Assembly (NCBI GenBank): GCA_037968815.1 | Contig: JBBKWF010000012.1 | Coordinates: 20,384 to 84,383 of the forward strand | Length of the DNA stretch: 64,000 nucleotides | Direction: 5' to 3' | From: Pelobium sp. | Lineage (GTDB): Bacteria > Bacteroidota > Bacteroidia > Sphingobacteriales > Sphingobacteriaceae | Shown here: piece by piece, positions 9,714-19,593 of the stretch | Numbering within the stretch: position 1 is the stretch's first letter | Layout: every line of letters starts with the position of its first letter | The notes under the pieces: generated by a model | The model's database searches: none | The model's input: only the letters and a program-made list of their open reading frames with translations | What the model was told of the DNA's origin: nothing | Made by a program: the position numbers and the translations under genes

Positions 9714-10094
9714 ATGAGCACTTTAATAAGTAGAAAAAGAAACAATCCCAATACTAAAAAGTACGTGTTTATTGTAACTGACCGAAACAGAAACAATTTG
9801 CATATAGGTTTAAGTGCAGATATTTTAAAAACGATGGATTTTTACAAAAAAATGCCAAGCTTAATGTTTGATGCAAGTCAGCAGTTAACTCGTTTGGTTT
9901 ATTTTGAAGAGTTGAATGATGAGGTGTCTGCAACTACTAGGTTTAACCTGCTTAATAAATATACTCGCTTACAAAAAGAAAGAATGATTAGATCCGTGAA
10001 TAGTGACTGGTTAGATTTAACGACTGCATTAAAACACGAAAATTTAATAAACCCTGTTCGTTTACCTCAACATATTTTGAGTTTTGCTTCTTAG
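9714..10094 (+). CDS. Degenerate GIY-YIG nuclease-family protein
   Basis: 'YVFIVTD..RNNLHIGLS', 'LVYFEE', 'SVNSDWLDL' follow the small GIY-YIG family layout, but canonical residues are altered. Confidence 0.7.
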   Translation: MSTLISRKRNNPNTKKYVFIVTDRNRNNLHIGLSADILKTMDFYKKMPSLMFDASQQLTRLVYFEELNDEVSATTRFNLLNKYTRLQKERMIRSVNSDWLDLTTALKHENLINPVRLPQHILSFAS

Positions 10095-10251
10095 GTGTTT
10101 TAAGCCAATTCGCTTATAGTTTATAAGCTTATTCTGTTTGCTTTATGATAAATTATATCGGATGAAAAAAATATTCTAATTATCAATAGCTAAAAATCTT
10201 GATATTTATTACTTTGCGTAATTATATTAATGATGTTTAACAAAATTTACA

Positions 10252-13200
10252 ATGCAGCCTTTTTATAAACTAGCAATTTTATTTATAGGCTTCTTAATAA
10301 CTTTTCAAAAAGTTGCTGCTCAAAATGTTTCTAACGAAGGGGTAGAGTTTTGGGTATGTTTTCCGGACCATGTGCCTTCGGAAGATAAACTGGCAACCAT
10401 GTCCTTATTTATCACTTCAAAAAATAACTCTAGCGGAGTGGTTTCATGTGGTACTTACTTAGTGCCATTTACCATAACTGCCAATACAGTTAAAGAAATA
10501 CTTATTCCTCGAAATGAGTCTTTTATAGGGTCTGGAAGTGGAATTTCTAAAAATAAAGGTATACGTGTAAAAGTTGATCAAGGGCAGGCAAAAGTAGTAG
10601 TTTATGCCCACGTATTTGCAGGTTTTAGGTCTGCAGCCACCTTAGTTCTTCCGTATGAAGCATTAGGTGGGAAACACTTTGCAATGGCTTACGACCAAGA
10701 ACCAGCTAAAAACCCTCTTTATAACTCACAGATAAACGTTATCGCCGTAGAGCCAAATACCACCATTAATATTAAACCAGTGATAAATGGTGTTCCACAG
10801 CCAGCATTCTCGCAAACCTTAACAGATGTAGGGGATGTGTACCAATATCAGAATGTTGATGATATTACCGGTACATTAATAGAGGTTGATTCAGTTGCTT
10901 CGGGCTGTAAACGAATTGCTGTTTTTTCGGGAAGCTCGGGTATTGGGATTAGTACGCCCACTTGTGATATTTTTGAGTTAAAACACGCTTCTTTAGACCC
11001 TCTTTTACAGCAACTTTATCCTATCGATAGTTGGGGGAAAACTTTCCCTTTGGTGCCGTTTTACAATAGAAATGCAGGGAGTATATATCGTGTAATTGCA
11101 TCAGAAGACAAGACTACTGTAACGGTTAACGGAGTTACAACCAAACTTAATGCAGGCGCATTTTACTCTTCGCCACCCATTACTTCCGTTTCATTAATAC
11201 AGGCAGATAAGCCTATTTCAGTTGCTCAGTTTGCTATTAGTCAGTTCTGTTCTGATAGTAGAAATGAATTTGCCAATGTTATTGTTGGCGATCCGGATAT
11301 GGTCATTCTTAATCCGTTAGAGTACAGCATAGATAAGATAACGTTATATTCTTCTTCAAAATTGGCTATTACAGAGCAATACTTAAACGTGGTTATTCCT
11401 AGTTCCAAGGTTTCAACTTTTACCATTAACAATAAAAGTTATTCGGCTAATTTTTCTTCGATACCAAATGCAACAAGCTATTCTTATGCACAAATTAGTT
11501 TAACAGGACTTGGCTCTAACTTTAGTTTAGCTGCTGATACCGGTTTTAATGCAATGGCTTATGGCTTTGGTCCGGTAGAGTCTTACGCCTATTCTGCCGG
11601 TACAAGTTTAGCAGCAACAACAATTGTTAACGCGGTAAAATACGAGACAAATGAAGTGGTAGATATTGCCTGTGTTAACGAGCCCTATGATTTTAAGTTG
11701 CTATTACCTTATATCCCAACAAAGCTAATTTGGCAATTAGATGATAGTTCTCTGCCTATTGTGCAAGAGAACCCAACATCTACACAGGTTGCCGTTAATA
11801 ATAAATTACTTTATCAGTTTAAGTTACCTGCCAATAAAGCTTTTACCACAAGCGGGATTAAAAATATTATTGTTACTTCAAGCTTACCTGTTGGGTCAAA
11901 TGTATGTTCAACAGTAGATGAGGAAAAGATAAATTACACTTTTGAGGTAAGTGATTTACCAGTTGCCGAATTTAGCGCACCAGCTAAGGTTTGTATTACT
12001 AAGCCTGCACAGTTTACTTACGTAGATAAAAAAATAGGTGAGCCAGTGACTTCATGGCTGTGGGATTTTGGTGATGGTAAAACTTCTACAGAACAAAATC
12101 CATCCCATACTTATGCCTCTATAGGGAGCTATAAAGTTAAACTAACGCTAATCAGTAATGCAGGTTGTAACTCCTTTGTGTTTGAAAAAAACATTGATAT
12201 AATTAAGCCTTTAATCAACAATTTCGAGATTGTTAGCCCTTTATGTACAAATACTAGTATTTCTTTTATTGACCAAAGTACTTCAACAGATGGTGGAGTT
12301 ACAAACTGGTTATGGGATTTTGGGGATGGCACAACGGCTAGTGATAAAAATCCATTTCATGTTTTTTCTAAAAGTGGCACTTATAAAGTAACACTTACCA
12401 CAACTTCGCAAGTTGGCTGTACAGAAACAATAGAAAAAATGGTTAAAATAGCAGATCCAGCAGAGATTGATTTTATGGATCCAGGCTCTTGTATTAATGA
12501 TTTGGTCGCTTTTGACGGAATAATTAAAAGTGGAAATGTAAGCTCGTGGTTTTGGGACTTTGGCGATGGGTCTATTGATGCAGCTGAACAAACAAAACAA
12601 AATGCAAAGCATAAATATTTAAGTACAGGAACTTTTAATGTAACCTTAAAAGCGACTTCTACAGAAGGTTGTATAACCACTTTAACAAAAACGATTACCA
12701 TAAGTGGCTCAAACCCGAAGGTAAGTTTTGAGGTTTTGGATAAGGATAATTTATGTAGTAATACTGAAGTTAATTTTAAAAATACAACTACTATTGTGTT
12801 TGGTAATATTGTTAAGTTAGAGATTATTTACGAAAATAAAACCGGTGGAAATTCTGTGATTTATACAGATAACGCACCCGAGTTCGATAAAATTTATACT
12901 CATAAATATCCTAGTTCTCCGATAGATCAAAATTACCAAGTGATTTTTAGAGCATATTCTGGTCAAGCTTGTTATCAAGAATCTTTACCTGTAACCGTAA
13001 CTGTATATGGTAGTCCAGTAGTTGTATTTGATAACGTAGATCCTTTATGTTTGAATGTTCCTAAGATCTTACTGTCTGCGGCAAAAGAAACAGCCGGTGT
13101 AAATGGCACAGCAAAATTAGAAGGTAAGGGTGTAGTGGGCAACTATTTTGATCCCGCTGTTGCAGGCGTAGGTGATCATGAGGTTACCTATACTTTTACT

Positions 13201-13752
13201 TCAAGTAAGGGGTGTAAAGAGGTTGTTAAAAGAACTATTAAAGTGGTAGATGTACCTGTAATAGATGTAGGTGAAGACTTAGATATTTTATTAGCGGGAG
13301 AGAAACAGATTAAATCGAAAGTGACGGGCAACGGGCTTAAGTATAAGTGGACGCCTTCTTTAGGTTTAAGCAATGATAGTATCCCAGACCCAGTAGCTTC
13401 GCCAACTGAATCAACAAAATATACTTTGGTGGTTACTTCTAAAGATGGCTGTATGGTAGCAGATGAAGTAAATGTAACCGTACATATTGACCCGATGATT
13501 CCGAATGTGTTTTCTCCAAACTATGATGGTATTAATGATACTTGGTCAATAAAATATCTAGAAACCTTTGTTAAGGCGAGTATTCGTATTTTTAGTAGAT
13601 CAGGTTTGCAAGTGTTTTACTCTGACCAGTATACTACACCTTGGGATGGTAAATACAAGAATGAAGAAGCTCCTGTTGGGGTGTATTATTATATTATTGA
13701 GCCTAATAATGGTCGTAACAGATACACTGGCTCTGTAACTTTGCTTAGATAA
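10252..13752 (+). CDS. T9SS type-B substrate: IgGFc-binding-like N-domain, three PKD repeats, gliding-motility-associated CTD
   Basis: Signal peptide; 'NEGVEFWVCF'; three 'W(L/F)WDFGDG' PKD motifs; C-terminal 'IPNVFSPNYDGINDTW...YTGSVTLLR'. Confidence 0.88.
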   Translation: MQPFYKLAILFIGFLITFQKVAAQNVSNEGVEFWVCFPDHVPSEDKLATMSLFITSKNNSSGVVSCGTYLVPFTITANTVKEILIPRNESFIGSGSGISKNKGIRVKVDQGQAKVVVYAHVFAGFRSAATLVLPYEALGGKHFAMAYDQEPAKNPLYNSQINVIAVEPNTTINIKPVINGVPQPAFSQTLTDVGDVYQYQNVDDITGTLIEVDSVASGCKRIAVFSGSSGIGISTPTCDIFELKHASLDPLLQQLYPIDSWGKTFPLVPFYNRNAGSIYRVIASEDKTTVTVNGVTTKLNAGAFYSSPPITSVSLIQADKPISVAQFAISQFCSDSRNEFANVIVGDPDMVILNPLEYSIDKITLYSSSKLAITEQYLNVVIPSSKVSTFTINNKSYSANFSSIPNATSYSYAQISLTGLGSNFSLAADTGFNAMAYGFGPVESYAYSAGTSLAATTIVNAVKYETNEVVDIACVNEPYDFKLLLPYIPTKLIWQLDDSSLPIVQENPTSTQVAVNNKLLYQFKLPANKAFTTSGIKNIIVTSSLPVGSNVCSTVDEEKINYTFEVSDLPVAEFSAPAKVCITKPAQFTYVDKKIGEPVTSWLWDFGDGKTSTEQNPSHTYASIGSYKVKLTLISNAGCNSFVFEKNIDIIKPLINNFEIVSPLCTNTSISFIDQSTSTDGGVTNWLWDFGDGTTASDKNPFHVFSKSGTYKVTLTTTSQVGCTETIEKMVKIADPAEIDFMDPGSCINDLVAFDGIIKSGNVSSWFWDFGDGSIDAAEQTKQNAKHKYLSTGTFNVTLKATSTEGCITTLTKTITISGSNPKVSFEVLDKDNLCSNTEVNFKNTTTIVFGNIVKLEIIYENKTGGNSVIYTDNAPEFDKIYTHKYPSSPIDQNYQVIFRAYSGQACYQESLPVTVTVYGSPVVVFDNVDPLCLNVPKILLSAAKETAGVNGTAKLEGKGVVGNYFDPAVAGVGDHEVTYTFTSSKGCKEVVKRTIKVVDVPVIDVGEDLDILLAGEKQIKSKVTGNGLKYKWTPSLGLSNDSIPDPVASPTESTKYTLVVTSKDGCMVADEVNVTVHIDPMIPNVFSPNYDGINDTWSIKYLETFVKASIRIFSRSGLQVFYSDQYTTPWDGKYKNEEAPVGVYYYIIEPNNGRNRYTGSVTLLR

Positions 13753-13754
13753 AG

Positions 13755-14714
13755 ATGAAGAAACTTACGCTACTTTTTCTTTTGATAACAAGCATTGCTT
13801 TTGGCCAACAAAGGCCATACTATACGCAGTATCTGCAAAATATGGAAATCATTAATCCTGCTTTAACCGGAATGTACAAAGGGATAAATGCAAAACTAGG
13901 TTTCCGGAACCAATGGGTAGGAATTAAGGATGCGCCTAAAACCAGTTACCTTACTTTAAGTACACCTTTAAATATTGATGGAAGTATTTTAACGGCGGGT
14001 TCTGCTGATTTCGGGATTGAAGAACCTTACACTCGGTCTGATAAGGATTCTTATTATTCTTCTGATAATCACCATGGTGTAGGGGTTAGTTTTATAAATG
14101 ATGAAACCGGCCCTATTAATCGTACTACGGCTAATTTAACCTATGCTTACCACTTAATGATGGGAGATATTGCAAATCTATCTTTTGGCGTAGGAGCAGG
14201 AATCAGTCGTATTGGTTTAAATACCTCTGACTTGATTTTTGAAGACCCTAATGACCCTGTGGTTACTAGCGGTGAGGTTCTCAACTGGACGCCCGATGTT
14301 AACCTAGGTTTTTATTTTTATGGTTCTCACTTTTTCTTTGGGGGTTCTATGCAACAGGTAATCAAACAGAAACTGTCTTTTAACAATATCTCTGATAAAA
14401 GTGCCGAGGTGTCTCACTACTTTTTGACAGGTGGTTACCGCTTTTTTGTTGGCGAAGATATTTCTTTCACCCCATCAGTCATGGCTAAGTACGTAGCGCC
14501 TTTCCCTACTTCTTATGATTTAAATTTGAAGGTAACTTTCCGAAATAACTTCTGGCTAGGCGGTTCATTCAGGAAAAACGATTCGTTTTCTGTATTGTCA
14601 GGATTTACTATTAATAAAATGATGGAGTTTGGTTACTCTTACGATAGTAATATATCAACTATAAAAACCATTAACTCTGGCTCGCATGAGTTTGTGTTAG
14701 GTTTAAGGTTTTAA
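13755..14714 (+). CDS. PorP/SprF-family T9SS outer-membrane protein
   Basis: 'QQRPYYTQY', 'INPALTG', 'RNQWVG..APKT', terminal 'GSHEFVLGLRF'; 2 nt downstream of the type-B CTD gene. Confidence 0.92.
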   Translation: MKKLTLLFLLITSIAFGQQRPYYTQYLQNMEIINPALTGMYKGINAKLGFRNQWVGIKDAPKTSYLTLSTPLNIDGSILTAGSADFGIEEPYTRSDKDSYYSSDNHHGVGVSFINDETGPINRTTANLTYAYHLMMGDIANLSFGVGAGISRIGLNTSDLIFEDPNDPVVTSGEVLNWTPDVNLGFYFYGSHFFFGGSMQQVIKQKLSFNNISDKSAEVSHYFLTGGYRFFVGEDISFTPSVMAKYVAPFPTSYDLNLKVTFRNNFWLGGSFRKNDSFSVLSGFTINKMMEFGYSYDSNISTIKTINSGSHEFVLGLRF

Positions 14715-14782
14715 CGAATTTTTATTGGCTTTTAAAGTCCTGATGAAAATTAGCATTATAGCGTTAAGACAGATCGGTAAAC

Positions 14783-15469
14783 TTACCTTATCTGAAAACC
14801 GAACTTTATACCAGCTTGAAACGTGAAGCCTGTATAATTAAAGCCGTAAGTTGGTCTTTCGTAGTCTCTATTAGTTTCTAAAAGCTCATTCTTTGTACTT
14901 GTTTTGTAGCCAAATCCTAAATAGGTGTCTAATAACATTGTTGTAGTCCACACCTTATGATATCCCAAATTGCCGAAAATTAATAATGAATTCACAGGAT
15001 ATTTTGTATCTACTTCGCCAAAGGTGAAATACTCAATACCATCTTCTTGGTAAGCATAGTAGTCTTCCCCTGTTAAAGTGATTTTCATAGTTCGAAAGGT
15101 AATACCTGGTGAAAAATAAAAGCTGGTTAGCTTTTCTGTTGGGTCTAACTTTAATTTATATGCTAAACTAACTCCCGCACCAGAAACATAATCCTCACTT
15201 GCGTCAAACTCGTCATAATTGTACAGAAATTTCGCCTTGCCGTTTATGACCTCTAAAGCTCCTACAAAAGCCGAAGCTTTTTCCTTTTGTTGCATTTCAA
15301 CATCAAACCTTATGGTGTTGTTTAATAAGTAAATAGGCTGAAAACTGATACTTAATGGAAAATTGCTTTTTGCAACTGCATCGTTAGAAGAAACCTTTTT
15401 CATCTGTGCAAATAAACCTGCCTGATTAAGAAACAGAGCAACAAAAAAGCTTAAAACTGTCTTTTTCAT
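14783..15469 (-). CDS. Hypothetical outer-membrane beta-barrel-like protein
   Basis: Signal peptide, amphipathic strands, C-terminal 'QAGIKFGFQIR'. Confidence 0.6.
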   Translation of the reverse strand: MKKTVLSFFVALFLNQAGLFAQMKKVSSNDAVAKSNFPLSISFQPIYLLNNTIRFDVEMQQKEKASAFVGALEVINGKAKFLYNYDEFDASEDYVSGAGVSLAYKLKLDPTEKLTSFYFSPGITFRTMKITLTGEDYYAYQEDGIEYFTFGEVDTKYPVNSLLIFGNLGYHKVWTTTMLLDTYLGFGYKTSTKNELLETNRDYERPTYGFNYTGFTFQAGIKFGFQIR

Positions 15470-16218
15470 TATTTAGCCCCGATTTGAATATTACTTAAAA
15501 AAACTGCTTCTTGACCACTGAAATCATATTGCGATAAGCCCTTTTCTCCAATTAACATCAATGTTTTACCAATGGTAATTGCATCATTTGCTTTAACATC
15601 AATAACTCCTTTTTGTACTAGGTTCACATTGTCAGTTGCATCAAACCATTTTACTTTATCGTCACACACAAAAAGGTCGTTTCCGCTTAATGCCAAACCC
15701 TTAGGATTGTTCATTGGGTAAGTCTTTACAACTTGAGGTTGCTTTTTATCTTTGATATCAATCACTTCTAATTGTGTAAGTCCTCTTGAGCATCTAATTG
15801 CTCCGGTGCTTAAAGTAATATATGCATAGTTGTCATTAGCTACCACAGGATCGCAACTTAAAATATGGCGATACTGACTTATTGCTTTTGGAGACAAAGG
15901 AGAGCTAATGTCATAGATGTACATCCCAGTTTCGCTACCTAAGAATAAAGTATTTCCTAAAGGAAAGATAGTTTCTATTCCAAAACCAATAGGTTGGTCT
16001 ACTTTGTAAGTTGGGTTGCTAGCTGTTGTTATGTCAAATATTTTAATATTATTTTGGGTTACGGTATAAAGGTTTTCTCCCACAATGGCAAATCTAGCTA
16101 AAGAGCCTGCTTTACCAGGAGTACTATAATCAGAACTAGAGAATTCGCCACCACCATCTTTACTACAAGAAGCTAAAAAGGCTAGGGATAATATGCAGAG
16201 TAAATGTTTAGTTTTCAT
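15469..16218 (-). CDS. LVIVD-repeat lipoprotein
   Basis: Start reassigned to ATG at 16218 (MKTKHLL...LASC lipobox); 'GSLARFAIVGENLY', 'ETIFP', 'SCDPVV', 'LEVIDI'. Confidence 0.75.
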   Translation of the reverse strand: MKTKHLLCILSLAFLASCSKDGGGEFSSSDYSTPGKAGSLARFAIVGENLYTVTQNNIKIFDITTASNPTYKVDQPIGFGIETIFPLGNTLFLGSETGMYIYDISSPLSPKAISQYRHILSCDPVVANDNYAYITLSTGAIRCSRGLTQLEVIDIKDKKQPQVVKTYPMNNPKGLALSGNDLFVCDDKVKWFDATDNVNLVQKGVIDVKANDAITIGKTLMLIGEKGLSQYDFSGQEAVFLSNIQIGAK

Positions 16219-16219
16219 A

Positions 16220-16729
16220 TTATTTAAGTTTCCAGTTAACAATGATGCTGTTTTTTGGTCTGTTCTCAATACTGAACTTCGACGGAATTATGCCACCATC
16301 TGGCGGAGTAACCTCAGGGAAAACGTTTTCAATCCTTTTCACAACTGCCAGATTTCCTTTTTCGGCTTCATTTAAGTCAATAGCAACTAAATCTACAGCA
16401 TTGTCAACGTAAAGGATATTATCTTTTATAGCCATATCAACACAGCCAGGTATGGAGATATAACCTTTGTTAACTGGCGCTTTAGGATTTCTATTATAAA
16501 TAATATGAACGCCTTTATAACGCTCGCTAATGAATATATAATCGTCTTTATAATAAATTTTTGCGGCGTCAGCAATGGTGGTAGTTGGCTTTAAACTTAA
16601 AGATTGGTTTAAACTACTTCGTTCCATTAATATTGGAACATAATCTGTGTAAACAATAGGTTGGGTTTCAACAGGAGTGCAACCGGAAAGAAGTGCCAAA
16701 ATTAATACGGGTAGATATAATTTTTTCAT
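16220..16729 (-). CDS. Hypothetical lipoprotein (LVIVD-like partner)
   Basis: Start reassigned to ATG at 16729 (MKKLYL...LSGC lipobox); 'GVHII.N..P..P', 'IPGCVDMAIKDNILYVDN..DLVAID'. Confidence 0.7.
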   Translation of the reverse strand: MKKLYLPVLILALLSGCTPVETQPIVYTDYVPILMERSSLNQSLSLKPTTTIADAAKIYYKDDYIFISERYKGVHIIYNRNPKAPVNKGYISIPGCVDMAIKDNILYVDNAVDLVAIDLNEAEKGNLAVVKRIENVFPEVTPPDGGIIPSKFSIENRPKNSIIVNWKLK

Positions 16730-16936
16730 AAGGTTTTTTATATAGGTACGTATTTTGGAAAATAACTGATACAAATTAAATTAAAAATACGATAAGTTGA
16801 TGTTTCTCAAATAAAATAAATTTTATCTAACATTGTTGATTATCAGTATTTTAATGTGATGATGGTCTAATGATGAGCGGTGTGTTTATAAAGAATTTGA
16901 AAAGGTTATTAGAGTGGAGTTAGGTGGGAAGAAACT

Positions 16937-16963
16937 CAGAGTCTCCTGGAAATTGAGACTCTG
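16937..16963. repeat. Hairpin CAGAGTCTC-N9-GAGACTCTG (terminator or REP-like); similar to 51130-51157
   Basis: Perfect 9-bp stem seen directly. Confidence 0.6.
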
Positions 16964-17073
16964 TTTGGAAGTAAATCAGTCAACAAACGAAGTGAGTACA
17001 TAGTTGAAGTATCCTTGTATAGATTGCTTTAATACTGCATTATAGAGTAGTTTAAAGTTGTTTGATTTAGAGT

Positions 17074-18069
17074 CTAGCCCTTATAAACAGTCTTAAAGTC
17101 ATTTCTTAGAATATTTAAAACCCGATGCTCATCAATAAACTGATCAGCCAAAACTTTCATTTCGGCTTTAATATCTTCTGGAGTGATTTTTATATTAGGC
17201 AGTAATTTTTTTGCTTCCTTCTGTATGTCTGATTCTGGCAAAAAGTTCAATTCTTTCAAACTTTCTTCTACACAAATTAACTTTAAACCTTCGTCTTTTA
17301 AGTCGCCACTCTTGGCAATCATCCAACTTAAAGCATAAAACGCAGATTGGGATACATTGATAGTCGCTGATAACCCTTCAGGAGAAGGCATGATATTAAA
17401 CTTGCTCTCAAGAACCTCTTTTGTTAAATAAGTGCTTAGTTTTTTCGATAAATCATCTGGTTTTAACTGAATTAAACCGTCTAGTGCTTGTGCGTAAATG
17501 CTTATCCATCGTATTTGTCGTCTAAATTCATGAACACCAGCTTCTAAATCTTTAAAGTTTAATTCCTCAGATTTATAATCTTTTTTAATGTTTTTAATCT
17601 CTTTAGCAATTGCTTTAGCTATAGCTTTTCGTTCATCATTAGGTTTTAACCAGTCGGCATTTTTCAACCCTTTACTTATCTCTGTAAGTTTATCGCTTAG
17701 CCATCTGTTTACCACTAAAATGTTCCCAAGCTTTTGTAGTTCTTTCTGGTAATTGCTTTGTAAATGATTAGTGATTTTTTCAGGAAAATGAGGCAAACCG
17801 GCTAATTCTTTCTGATATGCTTCATAATAATCAACTTTTCCGAGTTGATCTTCCAAACTTTTAAAGTCGTTTTTAAGTTCTTTAAAAAGGTCTTTGTTAT
17901 GAATATTCTTGTATAAGAGCGTTAAGGCTTCTAAATAAAAAAGGACTTGCCTAGCGTTTGAATTGTAAAAAGTGAGTGCGGGGTTTTGTGAGTTTTTAGC
18001 GGTTAACAACAAATCTTTTAATTTGTTAAGCTGATTATCAAACCTTTTAAAGCCAATATTACTTTCCAT
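17074..18069 (-). CDS. Hypothetical protein, CHAD-like
   Basis: All-helical; 'FKSLEDQLGKVD' and 'VHEFRRQIRWISIY' resemble CHAD K-x-L-Q-D-x-L-G and H-x-x-R-x-x-x-R motifs. Confidence 0.5.
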   Translation of the reverse strand: MESNIGFKRFDNQLNKLKDLLLTAKNSQNPALTFYNSNARQVLFYLEALTLLYKNIHNKDLFKELKNDFKSLEDQLGKVDYYEAYQKELAGLPHFPEKITNHLQSNYQKELQKLGNILVVNRWLSDKLTEISKGLKNADWLKPNDERKAIAKAIAKEIKNIKKDYKSEELNFKDLEAGVHEFRRQIRWISIYAQALDGLIQLKPDDLSKKLSTYLTKEVLESKFNIMPSPEGLSATINVSQSAFYALSWMIAKSGDLKDEGLKLICVEESLKELNFLPESDIQKEAKKLLPNIKITPEDIKAEMKVLADQFIDEHRVLNILRNDFKTVYKG

Positions 18070-18180
18070 GCTGTGTTATATTTAGAACTGAAATCTCTAA
18101 AAATAAGCAATTATTTAATATTGTTTTGGAAGAATGGTTGCACTTATAAATTATTAGAACTGCTAGAGTTTTAAAAAATA

Positions 18181-19584
18181 CTACAACTCAAAACAAACTC
18201 CTTTTTCGGGAATTGTAACCTCTAATTTATTAAGTTCCATATTTACTTTAAGCGCTTTCATACTTTCTGGTTCGCCGTGTACTAAGAAAACTTTTTTTAG
18301 AGTACGGTTTGGGATTTTTGAAACATACTCCATAATATCTGCATGGTCGCCATGGCCACTTAATAAATCTGTTTTTCTAATGGTAGCCATTACTGATAGC
18401 TCTTTTCCTTTGATGTTAACAAAAGAATCTCCACGCAGTAACTTATGACCTAAAGTTCCTTTAGCGCAAAAACCAATAAAAAATAAAGTAGCGTAAAAGT
18501 TTTCTATGTTTTTAAACAGATGATCTTGAATTCTGCCACCTTCCAGCATTCCGGCCGATGAAATAATAATACAAGGCTCAAAATGGTTAGATATTTCTTT
18601 GCTCTCTTTAAGCTCTTTTACATAGTTTAGGTTCTCAAACTCGTATTCGTTACCATGTTGCTTGTAAAAAGCTTTGGCTTCGTTACTTACAAATTTGTGG
18701 TGCTTTCGGTAAATATCAGTAGCCATGGTAGCCATTGGGCTATCCACAAATACGGGAATCGGCGGAAGCAAGCCAGTAGAAAATATATTATTGAGCGAAA
18801 ACACTAAAGATTGAGTTCTGCCAACACTAAATGCAGGAATAATTAACCTGCCCGGTTGGTCAATGCAAGCTTCTGTGATTACATCAATTAAAGTTTGCTG
18901 TAAAGTAGCTGTTGTGGTATGGAAACGACCACCGTAAGTAGACTCACAAACTAAAAATTCAGTTTCTGGCAAAAACTCAGGATCGTTTAAAACCGGGTAA
19001 TTTTTACGACCAATATCGCCGGTAAAGGCAATTGTTTTTTCTACACCACTTTCATTGACAGTAAAATGGGCAGCAACGGCACCTAATAAATGACCTGTTG
19101 GTACAAGTCTTAAGGTAATGTCTTTATTAATTTTAAAAGGTTTGTTAATTGCGATAGCTACAGTTTTATCGGCAGTATCGTTAACGTGTTTTTGTAAGTA
19201 TAAAGGTTGTTTATTGTTGATAAACTTGTTTTTCTTAAACTTTCCACGACTTCGTTTTTTATCCTGTTGCTTACGCATAAAGATGTTTACCGAATCAGAA
19301 AGCAACAACTGCATCAAATCTGCAGTAGGGTAGGTGCATAAAACCTGACCTTCAAAACCGTTTTTTATAAGCGTAGGTATGTTTCCGCTATGGTCAATGT
19401 GGGCGTGAGTTAAAACCACCACATCAATATCAGCTGGCGAAAATGGGAAATTTTCGTTTTCTGCTAAGTCAATACCGCCTTCGTAATTTAAACCGCAGTC
19501 AATTAAAATGCGAATACCGTTTACTTCTAGCAGGTGCATACTACCGGTAACTTGCTCGGCCGCACCCCAAATAGTTAACTTCAT
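18181..19584 (-). CDS. MBL-fold beta-CASP ribonuclease
   Basis: 'LTHAHIDHSG', 'GHLLGA', 'FTGDIG', 'CESTYG', 'IPAFSVGRTQ', 'SGHGD', 'LVHGE'. Confidence 0.9.
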   Translation of the reverse strand: MKLTIWGAAEQVTGSMHLLEVNGIRILIDCGLNYEGGIDLAENENFPFSPADIDVVVLTHAHIDHSGNIPTLIKNGFEGQVLCTYPTADLMQLLLSDSVNIFMRKQQDKKRSRGKFKKNKFINNKQPLYLQKHVNDTADKTVAIAINKPFKINKDITLRLVPTGHLLGAVAAHFTVNESGVEKTIAFTGDIGRKNYPVLNDPEFLPETEFLVCESTYGGRFHTTTATLQQTLIDVITEACIDQPGRLIIPAFSVGRTQSLVFSLNNIFSTGLLPPIPVFVDSPMATMATDIYRKHHKFVSNEAKAFYKQHGNEYEFENLNYVKELKESKEISNHFEPCIIISSAGMLEGGRIQDHLFKNIENFYATLFFIGFCAKGTLGHKLLRGDSFVNIKGKELSVMATIRKTDLLSGHGDHADIMEYVSKIPNRTLKKVFLVHGEPESMKALKVNMELNKLEVTIPEKGVCFEL

Positions 19585-19593
19585 TTATTGTTA

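Noticed and set aside
8824-10094. CI-like repressor as a prophage marker
   Set aside because: No integrase, terminase, structural or replication genes nearby; the flanks are chromosomal genes.
12058-12570. Three similar TGGGA(T/C)TTTGG(T/G/C)GATGG DNA motifs
   Set aside because: Explained by the coding PKD motif WDFGDG; not an independent DNA repeat.
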